A stretch of DNA of 64,000 nucleotides from Candidatus Latescibacterota bacterium (GCA_965206595.1 OZ242214.1:1600001-1664000), one strand, 5' to 3'. Positions 50,101 through 61,271 are shown, counted from the stretch's first letter. Notes: generated by a model from the sequence alone, not told the origin. Translations and numbers: made by a program.

Positions 50101-51286
50101 GGGGGAGATTCTGGAGGTACATTCGCTGCCTTCCGGCGACAACCGGGCACCCCGCCTCGATGCGCCGGCGAGCTTCTCGGCGCATGCGGGTGGCGAGCGG
50201 TCAGTCCTGCTCTCGTGGACAGCCGTATCGGGCGCGCGCAGCTACCGCCTGTTCCGCGCAGGCGACGATGGGGCGGACCTGCAGGTGCTGGTGGGGTCGC
50301 TCCGGGGCACCCGCTATGAAGACGGGGACGTCGCGGCCGGAAGTGAGTACAGATACGCGGTTGCCGCCCTGGATTCGCTCTCGGAGGAAGCGGGCCATCG
50401 GTCGCGGGAAGTCACCGTCACCCCGGAGCCGAATCCGCGGATCGAAGCGGTCCGGCGCGCTGCGGACAACCAGTTGTCGGTGCGGTTCGACTCGGAAATG
50501 GGCCGCGAGATCGGCGACCATTTCCGCTATCGGATCGAGAGCCACGGCATCCCCAGCTCCGCGGCCGCGCACGCCGGCGCCAAGCGTGTTCTGCTAACCT
50601 TTTCCGCCCTGCCGACCGCGGGGGAGTTGGCGCTGGCGACCCGGGGCCTGCGCAACAGCAGGGGGACTCCCCTCGATTCGGAACGGTTCCTTTTCGAGCT
50701 GTTCCAGGAGGCCTCGGCGATACGCCTGGTGCGCGCCGACCCTGAAACCCCGACGCGCCTCGTCCTGCACTTCAGCGAGCCGGTGACGTTGGACGCGGAG
50801 GGAGCGGCAGGGAACCGGTCCGGATTCGCCGTCGACGGGGGCCGGGTACGCATCGAGGATCTGATTCTCGAGGACGGCCGAATCGTTCTCGTCCTTTCGG
50901 AAGAGACGCCCCTGCGGGCCGCGGGCAGCCGCTACGAGGTCGCCGTCGTCGACCTGGCCGACCGTAACGGGCGCGCCATCGAGGGCGCGGTTTATGTCCA
51001 GCTCTCCGCCGCCTCTCTCGCCGAGGTATCCGTGTTTCCCAATCCGTTCGACCCGGCCCTCGGCGAGGTCACCGTTGCCGGCCTGCCGGTCGCCTCGGAG
51101 GTCATGGTGGCGACGATTTCGGGAGAGGTGGTCTGGACGCAGTCTGAAGAGGACGGGGACGGGGGGCTTCGCTGGGACGGTCGCAACGCCAACGGGAGAC
51201 CGGTCGATGCCGGCCTGTACCTGGTACGCGTCGCCCACCAAGGTGTAACGCGGCTGCGAAAGCTCGCAGTTATCCGGGGGCGCTGA
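47189..51286 (+). CDS. Secreted subtilisin-like S8 serine peptidase with FG-GAP repeats, FnIII/Ig-like domains and a FlgD-Ig/T9SS-type-A-like C-terminus
   Basis: Triad IIDSG / GHGTHVAG / SGTSMA; multiple DxDGDG repeats; YRYAVAALD (FnIII); C-terminal FPNPF...[13 protein letters not shown]; start apparently CTG at 47189. Confidence 0.9.
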   Translation: MSPAACAAAAIFCAAALAVTGASAAEKPPYAPGEVLAQWSQRTAAAKIAAGSPRLLDHLPPGYGWVEETPVVPARPLAAAKAGAGTSVMASWSLLRYSAGTDPAAVARDLRGRDFVARAHPNYLRSFASPPNDPLFPEQGNLDAIGWDESLATGGDVVVAIIDSGIDREHPDLASQLWHNPVEADGLAGVDDDGNGYVDDVTGWDFTDAPGLPGEGDFRFRDPDPDDESGHGTHVAGIVAAVAPGVRVMVLRAGFTVSGSGYLEDDDIAAAAVYAVDQGADILNMSFGDPVFSPVIGDVVRYARSAGCLVVAAVGNEGNDEVFYPARMEEVVAVAAADDEGQPLAFSNWGYSVDIAAPGLAVHGPVPGGGYAERSGTSMAAAHVSGVAAVTWSRQPQLTAGQVRGALANRALDIVAQGWDRWSGAGLVQMAAARIGDPAAVAITGPASGAVRAGEVTVRGRVWGEGVEYDLSWGRGPFPESTEVLLSGRSRAGENRFEVSWPTSGLAPGPYLLRLLAVAGGNRHSQRLLLDLRQAAAAVSDLRLERVLSGPGWTDILRWETSAPAAGTVILLEPASGDTVLQIPLGGDRLEHSVSLPEDLLHGEYRAVVLPEADAGESAGSLDFDIGDTGIRRWTLRQSGALPDGYLLPQPTDFDADGIPEIVAMGYGGAGYNPSAFFELPSGSRAVHLSSRPFIPWNAHDLDGDDRGEIMAVDAERVRLLESAKPGSFPTEVVFEITQVWGGEVADGDGDGRMEMFLRSSRSEQFRVFESRGDDSFAETGALANPSEGLDGLGERQVAADLDGDGSLELLAGDEDGDLFIYESIGDDTWRHTWLERLESGDSRVVGGPFDTDADGRLEFAVASLAADLFDPGETRWKGTVFEASGDNRYEPRWSAEIVGGAGAGNGISSGDFDGDGVPEIVLALVPNLYLLRTDPSGAMVPVWHMEVARVYRPLVADVDADGVVDLVANSGEILEVHSLPSGDNRAPRLDAPASFSAHAGGERSVLLSWTAVSGARSYRLFRAGDDGADLQVLVGSLRGTRYEDGDVAAGSEYRYAVAALDSLSEEAGHRSREVTVTPEPNPRIEAVRRAADNQLSVRFDSEMGREIGDHFRYRIESHGIPSSAAAHAGAKRVLLTFSALPTAGELALATRGLRNSRGTPLDSERFLFELFQEASAIRLVRADPETPTRLVLHFSEPVTLDAEGAAGNRSGFAVDGGRVRIEDLILEDGRIVLVLSEETPLRAAGSRYEVAVVDLADRNGRAIEGAVYVQLSAASLAEVSVFPNPFDPALGEVTVAGLPVASEVMVATISGEVVWTQSEEDGDGGLRWDGRNANGRPVDAGLYLVRVAHQGVTRLRKLAVIRGR

Positions 51287-51289
51287 GGG

Positions 51290-51327
51290 AAAAAGCAAAG
51301 CGGGCGGGAGCCCGAAGCCCCGCCCGC
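51290..51327 (-). terminator. Rho-independent terminator of groESL
   Basis: Stem GCGGGCGGG/CCCGCCCGC (51300-51327), followed on the minus strand by TTTGCTTTTT. Confidence 0.8.
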
Positions 51328-51347
51328 CTCTGCCGGAAAACGCTGCG

Positions 51348-53310
<1,963 letters not shown>

Positions 53311-53377
53311 GGGTTGGTCTCCTTCGGTTAGGGTAGGGAAGGCCGCGTGGCTTTCCATTGTGGCGAATAATATACAC

Positions 53378-53392
53378 GCAATTATCGTGCCA
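53378..53392 (-). promoter_or_regulatory. Sigma54 (RpoN) -24/-12 promoter upstream of groES
   Basis: The minus strand reads TGGCACGATAATTGC, matching TGGCAC-N5-TTGC. It points toward groES and lies in an AT-rich intergenic region. Confidence 0.8.
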
Positions 53393-53689
53393 CTTTGTTT
53401 ATATCAGAGATAAATTCATAATAAACAATGTGTTAAGAAGAAAAATAGAATGGATGCAGCAGCAGCTATTTTTTGCTATATAGAGAAATTACTAAATTAT
53501 CAAGCGTGTAGTTTTCTGATAACTACTTGATAATAATTGGTTTATTGATGTATTACCAAAATGGAAATTTTCTCAAGGCTATTTCTTCAATTCGGGAAAT
53601 TACAGCCTCAGAGATGCTGGAATTGGAACCTGGAGCCGCGGCCGGGCGTGCGAGCCAGCAAGTGGCCCGCGGGTCCCCGGGGATGAGAC

Positions 53690-54496
53690 TTGGGTTCTTC
53701 TTTCCGTAGCAGCCATATGGTCGTTACCGGGGCCAGCTCTGGAATAGGCTGGCACCTTTCCCTGCAGCTCGCGCGACAGGGTGCGCGCCTGGCCCTCGTC
53801 GCCAGGCGGGCGGACTGCCTCCGCCGTCTCGCAGGCGAGATCGCCGTGGCCGGGGGACCGCGCCCGCTCGAGTGCGCCTGCGACGTCGGGGACTGGGACC
53901 AGGTCGAAGAGATGGAGAACCAGGTCGCGGCCGCGCTCGGTCACGTAGACGTGCTCGTCAACAACGCCGGACGCGGCGCCTACGGACCTCTGGCTCAGGC
54001 AGATCCCGACGACCTCAGCGCTGTTGTCCGCACCAACCTGACCGGGGTCGTCTACGTGACTCGGGCCTTCCTTCCGGCGATGGTGGCGCGGGGTTCTGGA
54101 CATCTCGTTTTCGTTTCCAGCGTGCTCGGGGAGCTCCCCGCGCCACACCACGCCGTGTACGGCAGCACCAAGTTCGCCGTCACCGCGCTCGCCGAGAGTT
54201 TGAGGCACGAACTGGCGGCAGACAACATCGACGTCACCACCGTCGAGCCCGGCCTGGTGCGCTCCGAGTTCGCCTCCATAAGCGGCACGCCGGCGGTGCG
54301 CTTCGACCAGCTGCCCTCCAAGAGCGCCGCCCGGACCGCGGAGCTGGTTGCGGCCGCGATCCGCCGCAAGAGCAGGTTGTCGATCACCGATGCGCTGTCG
54401 GCACAGGCGATCAGGGTGCGGCGACACGCCCCGCGGCTGTTCGCCCGCCTCTTCGGCATCGCCTGCAGGCGCGCCTTCCGCAACGATCTTTCCTGA
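53690..54496 (+). CDS. Short-chain dehydrogenase/reductase
   Basis: VTGASSGIG, LVARR, NNAG, YGSTKFA, VEPG. Confidence 0.9.
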   Translation: MGSSFRSSHMVVTGASSGIGWHLSLQLARQGARLALVARRADCLRRLAGEIAVAGGPRPLECACDVGDWDQVEEMENQVAAALGHVDVLVNNAGRGAYGPLAQADPDDLSAVVRTNLTGVVYVTRAFLPAMVARGSGHLVFVSSVLGELPAPHHAVYGSTKFAVTALAESLRHELAADNIDVTTVEPGLVRSEFASISGTPAVRFDQLPSKSAARTAELVAAAIRRKSRLSITDALSAQAIRVRRHAPRLFARLFGIACRRAFRNDLS

Positions 54497-54507
54497 GGAA
54501 ACCGGAC

Positions 54508-54543
54508 GCCGCCGGAGGGAGGTGTCCCCCCCGGCGGCCTTTT
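54508..54543 (+). terminator. Putative rho-independent terminator
   Basis: Stem GCCGCCGG/CCGGCGGC followed by CTTTT, just after the SDR stop. Confidence 0.6.
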
Positions 54544-54644
54544 CGTGAAATCGCCCGAGATCAGGGCGGAGACCGGAATTCCCGACACGCGGCCGGTGCG
54601 CCTGCGGAACCCCGTCCTTCACCGCGACGCCGGGTCGGGAGCAG

Positions 54645-55466
54645 CTATACCGAGCGGGGTCCGGCGAACGGCCGTTGGCCGGGCTCGTCGAGCTGCAGGC
54701 GGTAGACGGCCCCTGAGGCCTCGCTGACGAAGAGCTGGTCGAAGTCGATGCCGCCGAAGGTCATCCCCGTCGGATGCCGCCCGGGGATCTCCCAGCTGTC
54801 GGCGACTGCCCCGTCGGGATCGACGACGCAGATTCCGACTCCTTCCTGTCCCACCAGCAACATGCCGCGGGAATCGAGCAGCAGGGAGCCCGGGCGTCCG
54901 CCGCTCAGCTCGACGAAGACCTCGCGGTTCCGGGAGCTGCCGTCTTCCTCCAGCTCGAAGCTGACGATTCGTCCTGCACCCTGCTCGGAGGCGAACAGGG
55001 TCACCGCGTCGTCGAGCAGCACCAGCCCCGCCGGAGAGGCGAGGTCTCCCGCCAGCTGCTCGACCTCCCCGTTGAGGTCGCAGTGGAAGAGCGATCCGCT
55101 GTTGGCAGTTGAGCCGATGTCGCAGAAAAGCACTCCTCCTTCATGGGTGAAGCAGAGATCCCGCGGCCCGGAGAAGCGGCGGCCGTGGCACTGGCTGGCG
55201 TACACTTCAACCGCCTCGTCCGGGGACACCAGCAGCAGGTGATGTCTGCCGCTCTCCGCTACGAAGAGGTCGCCCGAGTCGTCGAAGGCGATCCCCATCG
55301 GAAGCCCCCCTGTCTCGGCGAAGGGGGTCAGCCTGCCCCCTTCGGATATCCTCGTAACCTGGCCGGCCCCGGCCCCGGCCTCGGCGACGAAAAGCTGATC
55401 GTCGGCATCGAACGCCAGGCCCTGGGGAGACGCCAGGTTTTCCGCTATCAGTTCCGCTGTGGGCAT
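54645..55466 (-). CDS. SMP-30/gluconolactonase/LRE family beta-propeller protein
   Basis: SPQGLAFD, PMGIAFD, FSGPRDL, SPAGL, TGMTFGGIDFDQLFV; start at MPTAELIA. Confidence 0.82.
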   Translation of the reverse strand: MPTAELIAENLASPQGLAFDADDQLFVAEAGAGAGQVTRISEGGRLTPFAETGGLPMGIAFDDSGDLFVAESGRHHLLLVSPDEAVEVYASQCHGRRFSGPRDLCFTHEGGVLFCDIGSTANSGSLFHCDLNGEVEQLAGDLASPAGLVLLDDAVTLFASEQGAGRIVSFELEEDGSSRNREVFVELSGGRPGSLLLDSRGMLLVGQEGVGICVVDPDGAVADSWEIPGRHPTGMTFGGIDFDQLFVSEASGAVYRLQLDEPGQRPFAGPRSV

Positions 55467-55482
55467 CGGGATTCCACGCAGA

Positions 55483-56265
55483 CTACCAGCTGACGTACCC
55501 GCCATCGACCAGCAAGGTCGAACCGGTCGTGAAACTGGAGGCGGGGGAGGCGAAGTACAGCACCGCGGTCGCCAGTTCGACGGGATCGCCCCAGCGTTCC
55601 ATGGGGACCTTGGACTGCATTTGCCGCGCCGCTTCGGGATCCCTGAGCAGAATCTCGTTGATCGGGGTCGCAAACGGTCCGGGGCAGATGGCGTTGACGG
55701 TGATTCCGGAACGCGCCCATTCCAGGGCGAGGGTGCGCGTCAGCTGCACGATTCCCCCCTTGCTGGAAGCGTACGGAGTGCGGCCCGCTATCGAAATGGA
55801 GGAGAGGGTGGACCCGAGGTTGATGACGCGCCCGAACCGGCGTTCGACCATCACCGCTCCAACGGATCGGCAGTAGTAGAAGGGCCCGCTGAGGTTGATA
55901 TCGAGCACGGTCTGCCACTGCTCGTCGCTGAGCTCGAGGATCGGACCGCGAATGTTGATGCCGGCGTTGTTGACGAGGATGTCAATTGTGCCGAAACGGT
56001 CGCACACCGCGGCGACAGAGGCGTCGACCTGGGCACGGTCCCGGGCGTCCGCTTCGATGGCGAACACCGGGTTGCCGGTGTGGGCTTCGATCGCCTCAGC
56101 GGTCGCTTGCAACTCCTCGAGGTGGCGGCTGGTGACCGCGACCTGGGCCCCGGCTCCGGAAAGGGCGGTAGCCATCACCTCTCCCAGTCCCTTGCTCGCC
56201 CCGGTGACCAGCGCGGTCCTGCCATCGAGGCGGAACAGTTCAGTTGAGCTTTTCGGCAGTTTCAT
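55483..56265 (-). CDS. Short-chain dehydrogenase/reductase (gluconate 5-dehydrogenase-like)
   Basis: FRLDGRTALVTGASKGLG, NNAGI, YASSKGG, VNAICPGPF, LLVDGG. Confidence 0.9.
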   Translation of the reverse strand: MKLPKSSTELFRLDGRTALVTGASKGLGEVMATALSGAGAQVAVTSRHLEELQATAEAIEAHTGNPVFAIEADARDRAQVDASVAAVCDRFGTIDILVNNAGINIRGPILELSDEQWQTVLDINLSGPFYYCRSVGAVMVERRFGRVINLGSTLSSISIAGRTPYASSKGGIVQLTRTLALEWARSGITVNAICPGPFATPINEILLRDPEAARQMQSKVPMERWGDPVELATAVLYFASPASSFTTGSTLLVDGGYVSW

Positions 56266-56403
56266 CAACGAGGAGCCGGTGAGGTTGCGGGTGGTGCGAA
56301 GCGAGCGGGTGTAAGCGGGTTTCTGTTCTGGAGCGGGGAGGCTTCTTTCCGGCGACGATTCGGTGGCTGGCTCAGGGGGCGGCCGGCACGACTCCGGAAG
56401 GGG

Positions 56404-56640
56404 TTACCATTTCTCGGCCCGGACCATCTCCCTGGCGAGTTCGCCGAGCTCCTCGACCAGGTCTTCCTTGTCCTGTGCGCGCGCCTTGCTGGTGATCTGC
56501 ATCGTCAGGGCGATCAGCCCGAGGCCGAAGATCCGCTGCAGGGATTCGGGCGTTTCGGGGTTCAGGTCCGGGATCAGCTCGCCGAGTTTGTTGAGCAGAT
56601 GGCGATGTTTGTCCGACAGGTCGATGACTTCGAAAGACAT
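56404..56640 (-). CDS. Small hypothetical protein (78 aa)
   Basis: MSFEVIDLSDKHRHLLNKLGELIP...; protein-like composition, in the orientation of its neighbours. Confidence 0.65.
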   Translation of the reverse strand: MSFEVIDLSDKHRHLLNKLGELIPDLNPETPESLQRIFGLGLIALTMQITSKARAQDKEDLVEELGELAREMVRAEKW

Positions 56641-56665
56641 GGCAGTGGCGGCGAACCGCGTTCGC

Positions 56666-56700
56666 CTGTGGCGCGCAAGTATTCTGTGGCGCGCAAGTAT
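56666..56700. repeat. 17-bp direct repeat CTGTGGCGCGCAAGTAT, two copies, 18-bp period
   Basis: 56666-56682 and 56684-56700 are identical; intergenic. Confidence 0.9.
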
Positions 56701-56738
56701 AGGGTATGCACCAGCCCTGCACAATCCACCTGAACCCC

Positions 56739-57584
56739 TCAGGCGGCCGCTTCGGCGACGACTCGCTTGCCATCCCGTCTCAGGGTGCTCCAGGGTGAAT
56801 CGGGATCGTGATCCCAGGCGACGATCCACCCGTCGGAGCATGCCGCCTCGATCCAGCGTTTCTTCTCGCGCAGGGTATCGTGGGGGTACATGTCGTAGGC
56901 CATGATCCAGTAGGGGGACAGGTGGTGGCGCGTCGGGACGAGGTCGCCGGGGTAGAGCAGGGTCTGCCCGGCGTCCTCGACGACGACGGCCTGGTGCGCC
57001 GCGGTATGCCCTCCGGTGACGCAGGTGCGAACACCCGCGATGATGTCGGAGTCGCCGTCGAGAAAGCGCATCCGGCCGCTTTCGGCGAGACGCCGCAGGT
57101 CGGCGATGGCGTAGCTGGTGCGCATTATGCTGCGCCCCGACAGGGCGTCCTCGAACTCCCGCCTCTGGACCCAGTACACGGCATTGGCGAAGGCCGGGCG
57201 CAGGGCGCCGTCCTCCGCCGCGGCCAGGCTGCCCGCGGCGTGGTCGAAATGCAGATGGGTCAGGACGACATGTGATATTTCGTCGCTCTCCACCCCCGCG
57301 GTCCGCAGGTTGTCGACGAACCCTGGACCGGAGCCGATGGCGAAGATGTCACGCTCTTTCTCGCTGAAGCGGTTCCCGCACCCGGTTTCCACCAGCAGGT
57401 GCTCGCCGGCGCAGCGGAGCAGCAGGCAGTTGCAGGCCATCGGAATCCGGTTGCGTTCGTCGGTGGGGCAGAGGGGTTCCCAGACAGGCCGGGGCACGAC
57501 CCCGAACATGGCGCCGCCGTCGAGGCGGAAGCGGCCGCCGTCGATATGAGTAACCGAGATGTCGCCGATCTGCAGGGTGTTCAT
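56739..57584 (-). CDS. MBL-fold metallo-hydrolase (YtnP-like)
   Basis: FRLDGGAMFGVVP, LTHLHFDHAAG, GGHTAAH, PGDL, WIMAYD, DHDP. Confidence 0.9.
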   Translation of the reverse strand: MNTLQIGDISVTHIDGGRFRLDGGAMFGVVPRPVWEPLCPTDERNRIPMACNCLLLRCAGEHLLVETGCGNRFSEKERDIFAIGSGPGFVDNLRTAGVESDEISHVVLTHLHFDHAAGSLAAAEDGALRPAFANAVYWVQRREFEDALSGRSIMRTSYAIADLRRLAESGRMRFLDGDSDIIAGVRTCVTGGHTAAHQAVVVEDAGQTLLYPGDLVPTRHHLSPYWIMAYDMYPHDTLREKKRWIEAACSDGWIVAWDHDPDSPWSTLRRDGKRVVAEAAA

Positions 57585-57618
57585 GGAAACCGCCCCAGGG
57601 CCGGCTGCTCCGGAAAGG

Positions 57619-58284
57619 TCAGGACAGGCCGCCTTTCTGCCGGGCATCGTCCCAGGCCTCCTTGAACTCCCGGATGGTCTCGACGGTGCGCGGGTGGTGA
57701 ACCATTTCCGGCAGGAACTTGAACGGGGTGGTGACGATGTGGGCTCCGGCGAGGAAGGCGCGGGGAATATCCCCGACCTGACGCATGCTGCCGGCGATGA
57801 TGCGGGCCTTGAACCCGCCCCGTTCGATGAACTCGGCCGTCTCCCCGATGGCCTGTCCTGAATCGCTGCCGAGGTCGTTGATGCGGCCGACGAAAAGGCT
57901 GACGTAGGTCGCCCCGGCCATCATCGCCATCAGGGCCTGGCTCGAGTTCATCATGCAGGTGACGTTGACGCGGATGTCCTGCTCCCGTTCTAGCTTGTGG
58001 ATGACCTCGACTCCCTCCAGCGACATCGGGATCTTGACGACGATGCGTCCATCCCAGGAGGCGTACTCTTCCGCTTCCGCCAGCATCTCCCCGACCTCTT
58101 CGGCCACCACCTCGACGCTGACCGGCCCGGGGCAGCAGGCGAGGATTTCGCGGACCCGGGCCTCGAAGCTGCCCGGCTCGGCCGTGGCCGCCAGCTTGGG
58201 ATTGGTGGTAACTCCCGAGATCACCCCGAGTGAGGCTGCCAGGCGGGCTTCTTCGATGTCGGCGGTGTCGATGAACAGTTCCAT
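57619..58284 (-). CDS. tal: Transaldolase, short TalC/Fsa family
   Basis: FIDTA, GVTTNP, VSVEV, VVKIP (Schiff-base lysine), NVT, YVSLFVGR, HHPRT. Confidence 0.88.
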   Translation of the reverse strand: MELFIDTADIEEARLAASLGVISGVTTNPKLAATAEPGSFEARVREILACCPGPVSVEVVAEEVGEMLAEAEEYASWDGRIVVKIPMSLEGVEVIHKLEREQDIRVNVTCMMNSSQALMAMMAGATYVSLFVGRINDLGSDSGQAIGETAEFIERGGFKARIIAGSMRQVGDIPRAFLAGAHIVTTPFKFLPEMVHHPRTVETIREFKEAWDDARQKGGLS

Positions 58285-58298
58285 AGGAAGGGTTTCCC

Positions 58299-58898
58299 TC
58301 AGGCGTCCGAGATGCGCTCCCGCAAGCGGTCGCAGATGAGGTGCTCCAGGGCGAGATGAAACGACTCGACCTGTGGCGTCGAGTCGATGGGAACGACGAT
58401 GCAGACGTCTGACATGCGTTTAAGGGCGCCGCCGCCGAAGCCGCTTAGGCCGATGGTGCGGGCCCCGCGTTCCCTCGCAAGCCCCAGGGCGCGCAGCAGG
58501 TTCTGCGACCAGGCGCCGGCGTTCCCCTCGCCGGAACCGCCGTGAACGCTGATGAGTATGAGCACGTCCCCGGCGGCGACGAACGGCTCGAGCTGCTCGG
58601 CATACACCGAGGCCGGTCCCTCGTCGTTTATCAGGGCGCTGTATATCGGCATGTTGTCGGTCAGCGCCATGACCCGGAACCGTTTCTTTCCCGCCGCCGC
58701 CGTCCACTTGGCGAGGTCGCAGGCGAAGTGAGAGGCGGTCGAGGAGGAGCCCCCGTTGCCGGCGATGTACACCGTCGAAGAGTTCTGCCAGGCCTCGAAC
58801 AGGATGTCGATCGCCGCGGAGATCTCCTGCCGCGGCATCTCGCCGATCACCGCAGCCATGGTCGCGAGGTACTCCTCGATGTAGCCGTTGTTGTCCAT
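58299..58898 (-). CDS. gmhA: SIS-domain phosphoheptose isomerase (GmhA-like)
   Basis: IAGNGGSSSTASHFACDL, ALIND, AEQL, GDVLILIS, GFGGG, VESFHLALEHLI. Confidence 0.82.
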   Translation of the reverse strand: MDNNGYIEEYLATMAAVIGEMPRQEISAAIDILFEAWQNSSTVYIAGNGGSSSTASHFACDLAKWTAAAGKKRFRVMALTDNMPIYSALINDEGPASVYAEQLEPFVAAGDVLILISVHGGSGEGNAGAWSQNLLRALGLARERGARTIGLSGFGGGALKRMSDVCIVVPIDSTPQVESFHLALEHLICDRLRERISDA

Positions 58899-58921
58899 GT
58901 CGTTTTTCCCGAATGCCCTTC

Positions 58922-59911
58922 TCAGGCATTCATGAGCACTTTGGCGCCTTCCCTGTCGAATTGGTAGCCCATCTCACGCAGCCCCTCGGCCGCCATGGTC
59001 CGGCGCAGCTCGCCGCGGTGCTCCGCGGGGCAGAAGAACATCAGGAATCCGCCGCCGCCTGCACCGAGCAGCTTGCCTCCCAGAGCGCCTGCGCCCCGTC
59101 CCGAATCGTACCACCTGTCGATGTCGCCGCTCGACATCCTGCCCGAACGCAGCTTCTTCGTCTCCCAATGGCGGTGGAGGAGGCCGCCGAAGCGGTCGAG
59201 CTCGCCGCCCTCGAGGGCCTGCCTGATCTCGAGGCCGATCCGCTTGACCTCGTGGAGGCTGTCGATGACCTGCGCGTTCCCCTTGCGGGTGTCGGTGTCC
59301 TGTTGCTTGAGCAGGTCGAAGCTCTCGCGCTCGATGCCGGTGTAGAAGAGGAGCATGCTGTTGCGCAGCTCCTCCCTCGTGTGCAGATCGAGCTCGAGGG
59401 TCGAAACCGCGACCTCCCCGCCGGCATCGATCTCCAGAATGGTCACTCCCCCGAACGCCGCGAGGTAGTGGTCCTGCTTGCCGGCCGGCTGCCCGGCGCG
59501 CACCGCCTCGACGTGATGTGCCTGCTCGGCCAACTCCTGCCTCGGCACGCGTTCGAGCCTGTGTTCGTAAAGGGCCGCGAGCAGGGCAACGGTGAAGGCC
59601 CCGGAGGATCCCATGCCGGTGCGACCGGGAAGATCGGCCATGGCGCCGATCTCGACGCCGCCCTCCGTGCCGGTGTGGAGCAGCGACTCGCGCAGCAGAG
59701 GATGTTCGATATCGGAAGGGTGATCGACCCGTTCCGTCTTCGAGTACTTGACGCGAAAGAACTCTTCCACCTGCAGCTTGTTGAGCTGGATGTAGACGTA
59801 CTTGTCGATCCCCGCGCTGAGCACGAAGCCACCGTGCTCGCGGTAGTAGGAAGGCAGGTCGGTGCCGCCTCCTCCCAGCGGGATGCGGAGGGGGGCCCTG
59901 GTAGTGATCAA
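58922..59911 (-). CDS. hddA: GHMP kinase, D-glycero-alpha-D-manno-heptose-7-phosphate kinase (HddA-like)
   Basis: TTG start LITTRAPLRIPLGGGGTD; GMGSSG, GKQD, LLFYTG, GGKLLGAGGGGF. Confidence 0.85.
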   Translation of the reverse strand: MITTRAPLRIPLGGGGTDLPSYYREHGGFVLSAGIDKYVYIQLNKLQVEEFFRVKYSKTERVDHPSDIEHPLLRESLLHTGTEGGVEIGAMADLPGRTGMGSSGAFTVALLAALYEHRLERVPRQELAEQAHHVEAVRAGQPAGKQDHYLAAFGGVTILEIDAGGEVAVSTLELDLHTREELRNSMLLFYTGIERESFDLLKQQDTDTRKGNAQVIDSLHEVKRIGLEIRQALEGGELDRFGGLLHRHWETKKLRSGRMSSGDIDRWYDSGRGAGALGGKLLGAGGGGFLMFFCPAEHRGELRRTMAAEGLREMGYQFDREGAKVLMNA

Positions 59912-59988
59912 TTCCGGGATCCGATGGTGACGCCGGTCGCGACTGCCGCCCTGACCGGGGGGAAGGTGAGATCGAAATCGAATAGAAG

Positions 59989-61107
59989 TCAGGCTCGCGC
60001 CGTGCGCAAGATGCCCTGACGGCGCATTTCCCGCGAGCTGCCGGCGTAGTAGTCGGCCCCTCCAGAACCTCGCTGGCGCACCCAGTCGACGTACGCGGAG
60101 AGGATCTCTCCGAGGGATTTCTCCGCCCGCCACCCGAGCCGGGAAAGCTTGGCCGCGGACGAGGCCGTATGGCGGGTGTCCCCGAAACGGTATTCCCCCG
60201 AAACAACCGGTTCGATCTGCTTGCCGCAGATGTTCGTCAACAGCTCCGCCACCTCCGCAACCGTGTGAGCGCGCTGTCCGGCGACGTTGAGGGACTGGTA
60301 ATCGGCGCGCTCGTCCTCGTAGGCGAGCAGGTTTGCCCGGGCGACGTCGCCGACGTACACGTAGTCGCGAAGCTGCCTGCCGTCCTCGTAACACACCGGG
60401 GGCTGGTCGTTGAGCAGCCGCAGGGTGAAGATGCGGGCAATGCCGGAATAGGCGTTGAAAAAGGAGTTGCGCGGTCCCTGCACGATCGAGTAGCGCATGT
60501 TGGCGACCGGGATTCCGTACTTGCGGCCGAGGCTCAACGCGGTCATCTCGAGTGCGTACTTCGAAATCCCGTAGGCCGTGTGCGGATTCACCACCGCCTC
60601 GTCGATCGGGCGCGGGGTTGCCGGGCGCATGCATTCGGGGCAGTGGATCTCCCAGTCCCCCCGCGCCAGCGCTTCGGCGGCGCGCGCCACCGGGTAGAAG
60701 AGGCCGTGCTCGTCGCAGGAATACGTCCCTTCGCCGTACACAGCTTGCGACGATGCCAGCACCACCTTCGAGACCGGCAGCTTCCTGGCGACGATGATCT
60801 CGAACAGCAGCGCCGTGCTCACCGTGTTGACGCGGAAGAAGGTGCTGAAGTCCGGCATGTAGTCCTGGTAGGCGGCGAGGTGGAATACGCCGTCGACCCC
60901 CTCGAGAGCCGCTTCGAGATCCGCCCTTTCGCAGACGTCCCCGCGCAGCTTGTCAACCTTCTCAGGCAGGTATTCCGGCCAGCCCTCGGGATGGACGCGG
61001 GGCTGCAGGCAGTCGAGGACGCGCACCTCGTAGCCGCGCTCGACGAGGAGGTCGACCGTGTGGGAGCCGATGAATCCGGCGCCTCCCGTAACCAGGATCC
61101 TGCTCAC
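59989..61107 (-). CDS. NAD-dependent nucleotide-sugar epimerase/dehydratase
   Basis: ILVTGGAGFIGSH, FHLAA, YGISK, RY.IVQGP, EDGRQLRDYVYVGD, YRFGDTRH. Confidence 0.92.
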   Translation of the reverse strand: MSRILVTGGAGFIGSHTVDLLVERGYEVRVLDCLQPRVHPEGWPEYLPEKVDKLRGDVCERADLEAALEGVDGVFHLAAYQDYMPDFSTFFRVNTVSTALLFEIIVARKLPVSKVVLASSQAVYGEGTYSCDEHGLFYPVARAAEALARGDWEIHCPECMRPATPRPIDEAVVNPHTAYGISKYALEMTALSLGRKYGIPVANMRYSIVQGPRNSFFNAYSGIARIFTLRLLNDQPPVCYEDGRQLRDYVYVGDVARANLLAYEDERADYQSLNVAGQRAHTVAEVAELLTNICGKQIEPVVSGEYRFGDTRHTASSAAKLSRLGWRAEKSLGEILSAYVDWVRQRGSGGADYYAGSSREMRRQGILRTARA

Positions 61108-61241
61108 CGTTGACAGGTAAATCGCGGAGAGAATCGGGATTGCGAAGGGGGGCTGTACAAAGCTCGAAATCCGGGCACTGAAATCGTCCTAACTCATTCG
61201 ACAATATAGACATAGGAATGGTCCCCGGCAATTCGGGCACG

Positions 61242-61271
61242 TTGACAGCCGGGGCCGGCGGGGCCTAGTTT
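61242..61271 (+). promoter_or_regulatory. Putative sigma70 promoter for the SGNH/YfhO genes
   Basis: TTGACA-18 nt-TAGTTT about 30 nt upstream of the 61301 start. Confidence 0.45.

Noticed and set aside
53360-53610. AT-rich island as an origin of replication or a horizontally acquired fragment
   Set aside because: I saw no DnaA-box array, mobility gene or flanking repeats; the sigma54/IHF architecture explains the composition.
53527-53709. 60-aa ORF in the AT-rich region
   Set aside because: TTG start, no motif, and it overlaps the SDR start; better explained as regulatory DNA.
56666-56700. Direct repeat as a CRISPR remnant
   Set aside because: Only two 17-bp copies separated by 1 nt, with no spacer and no cas genes.
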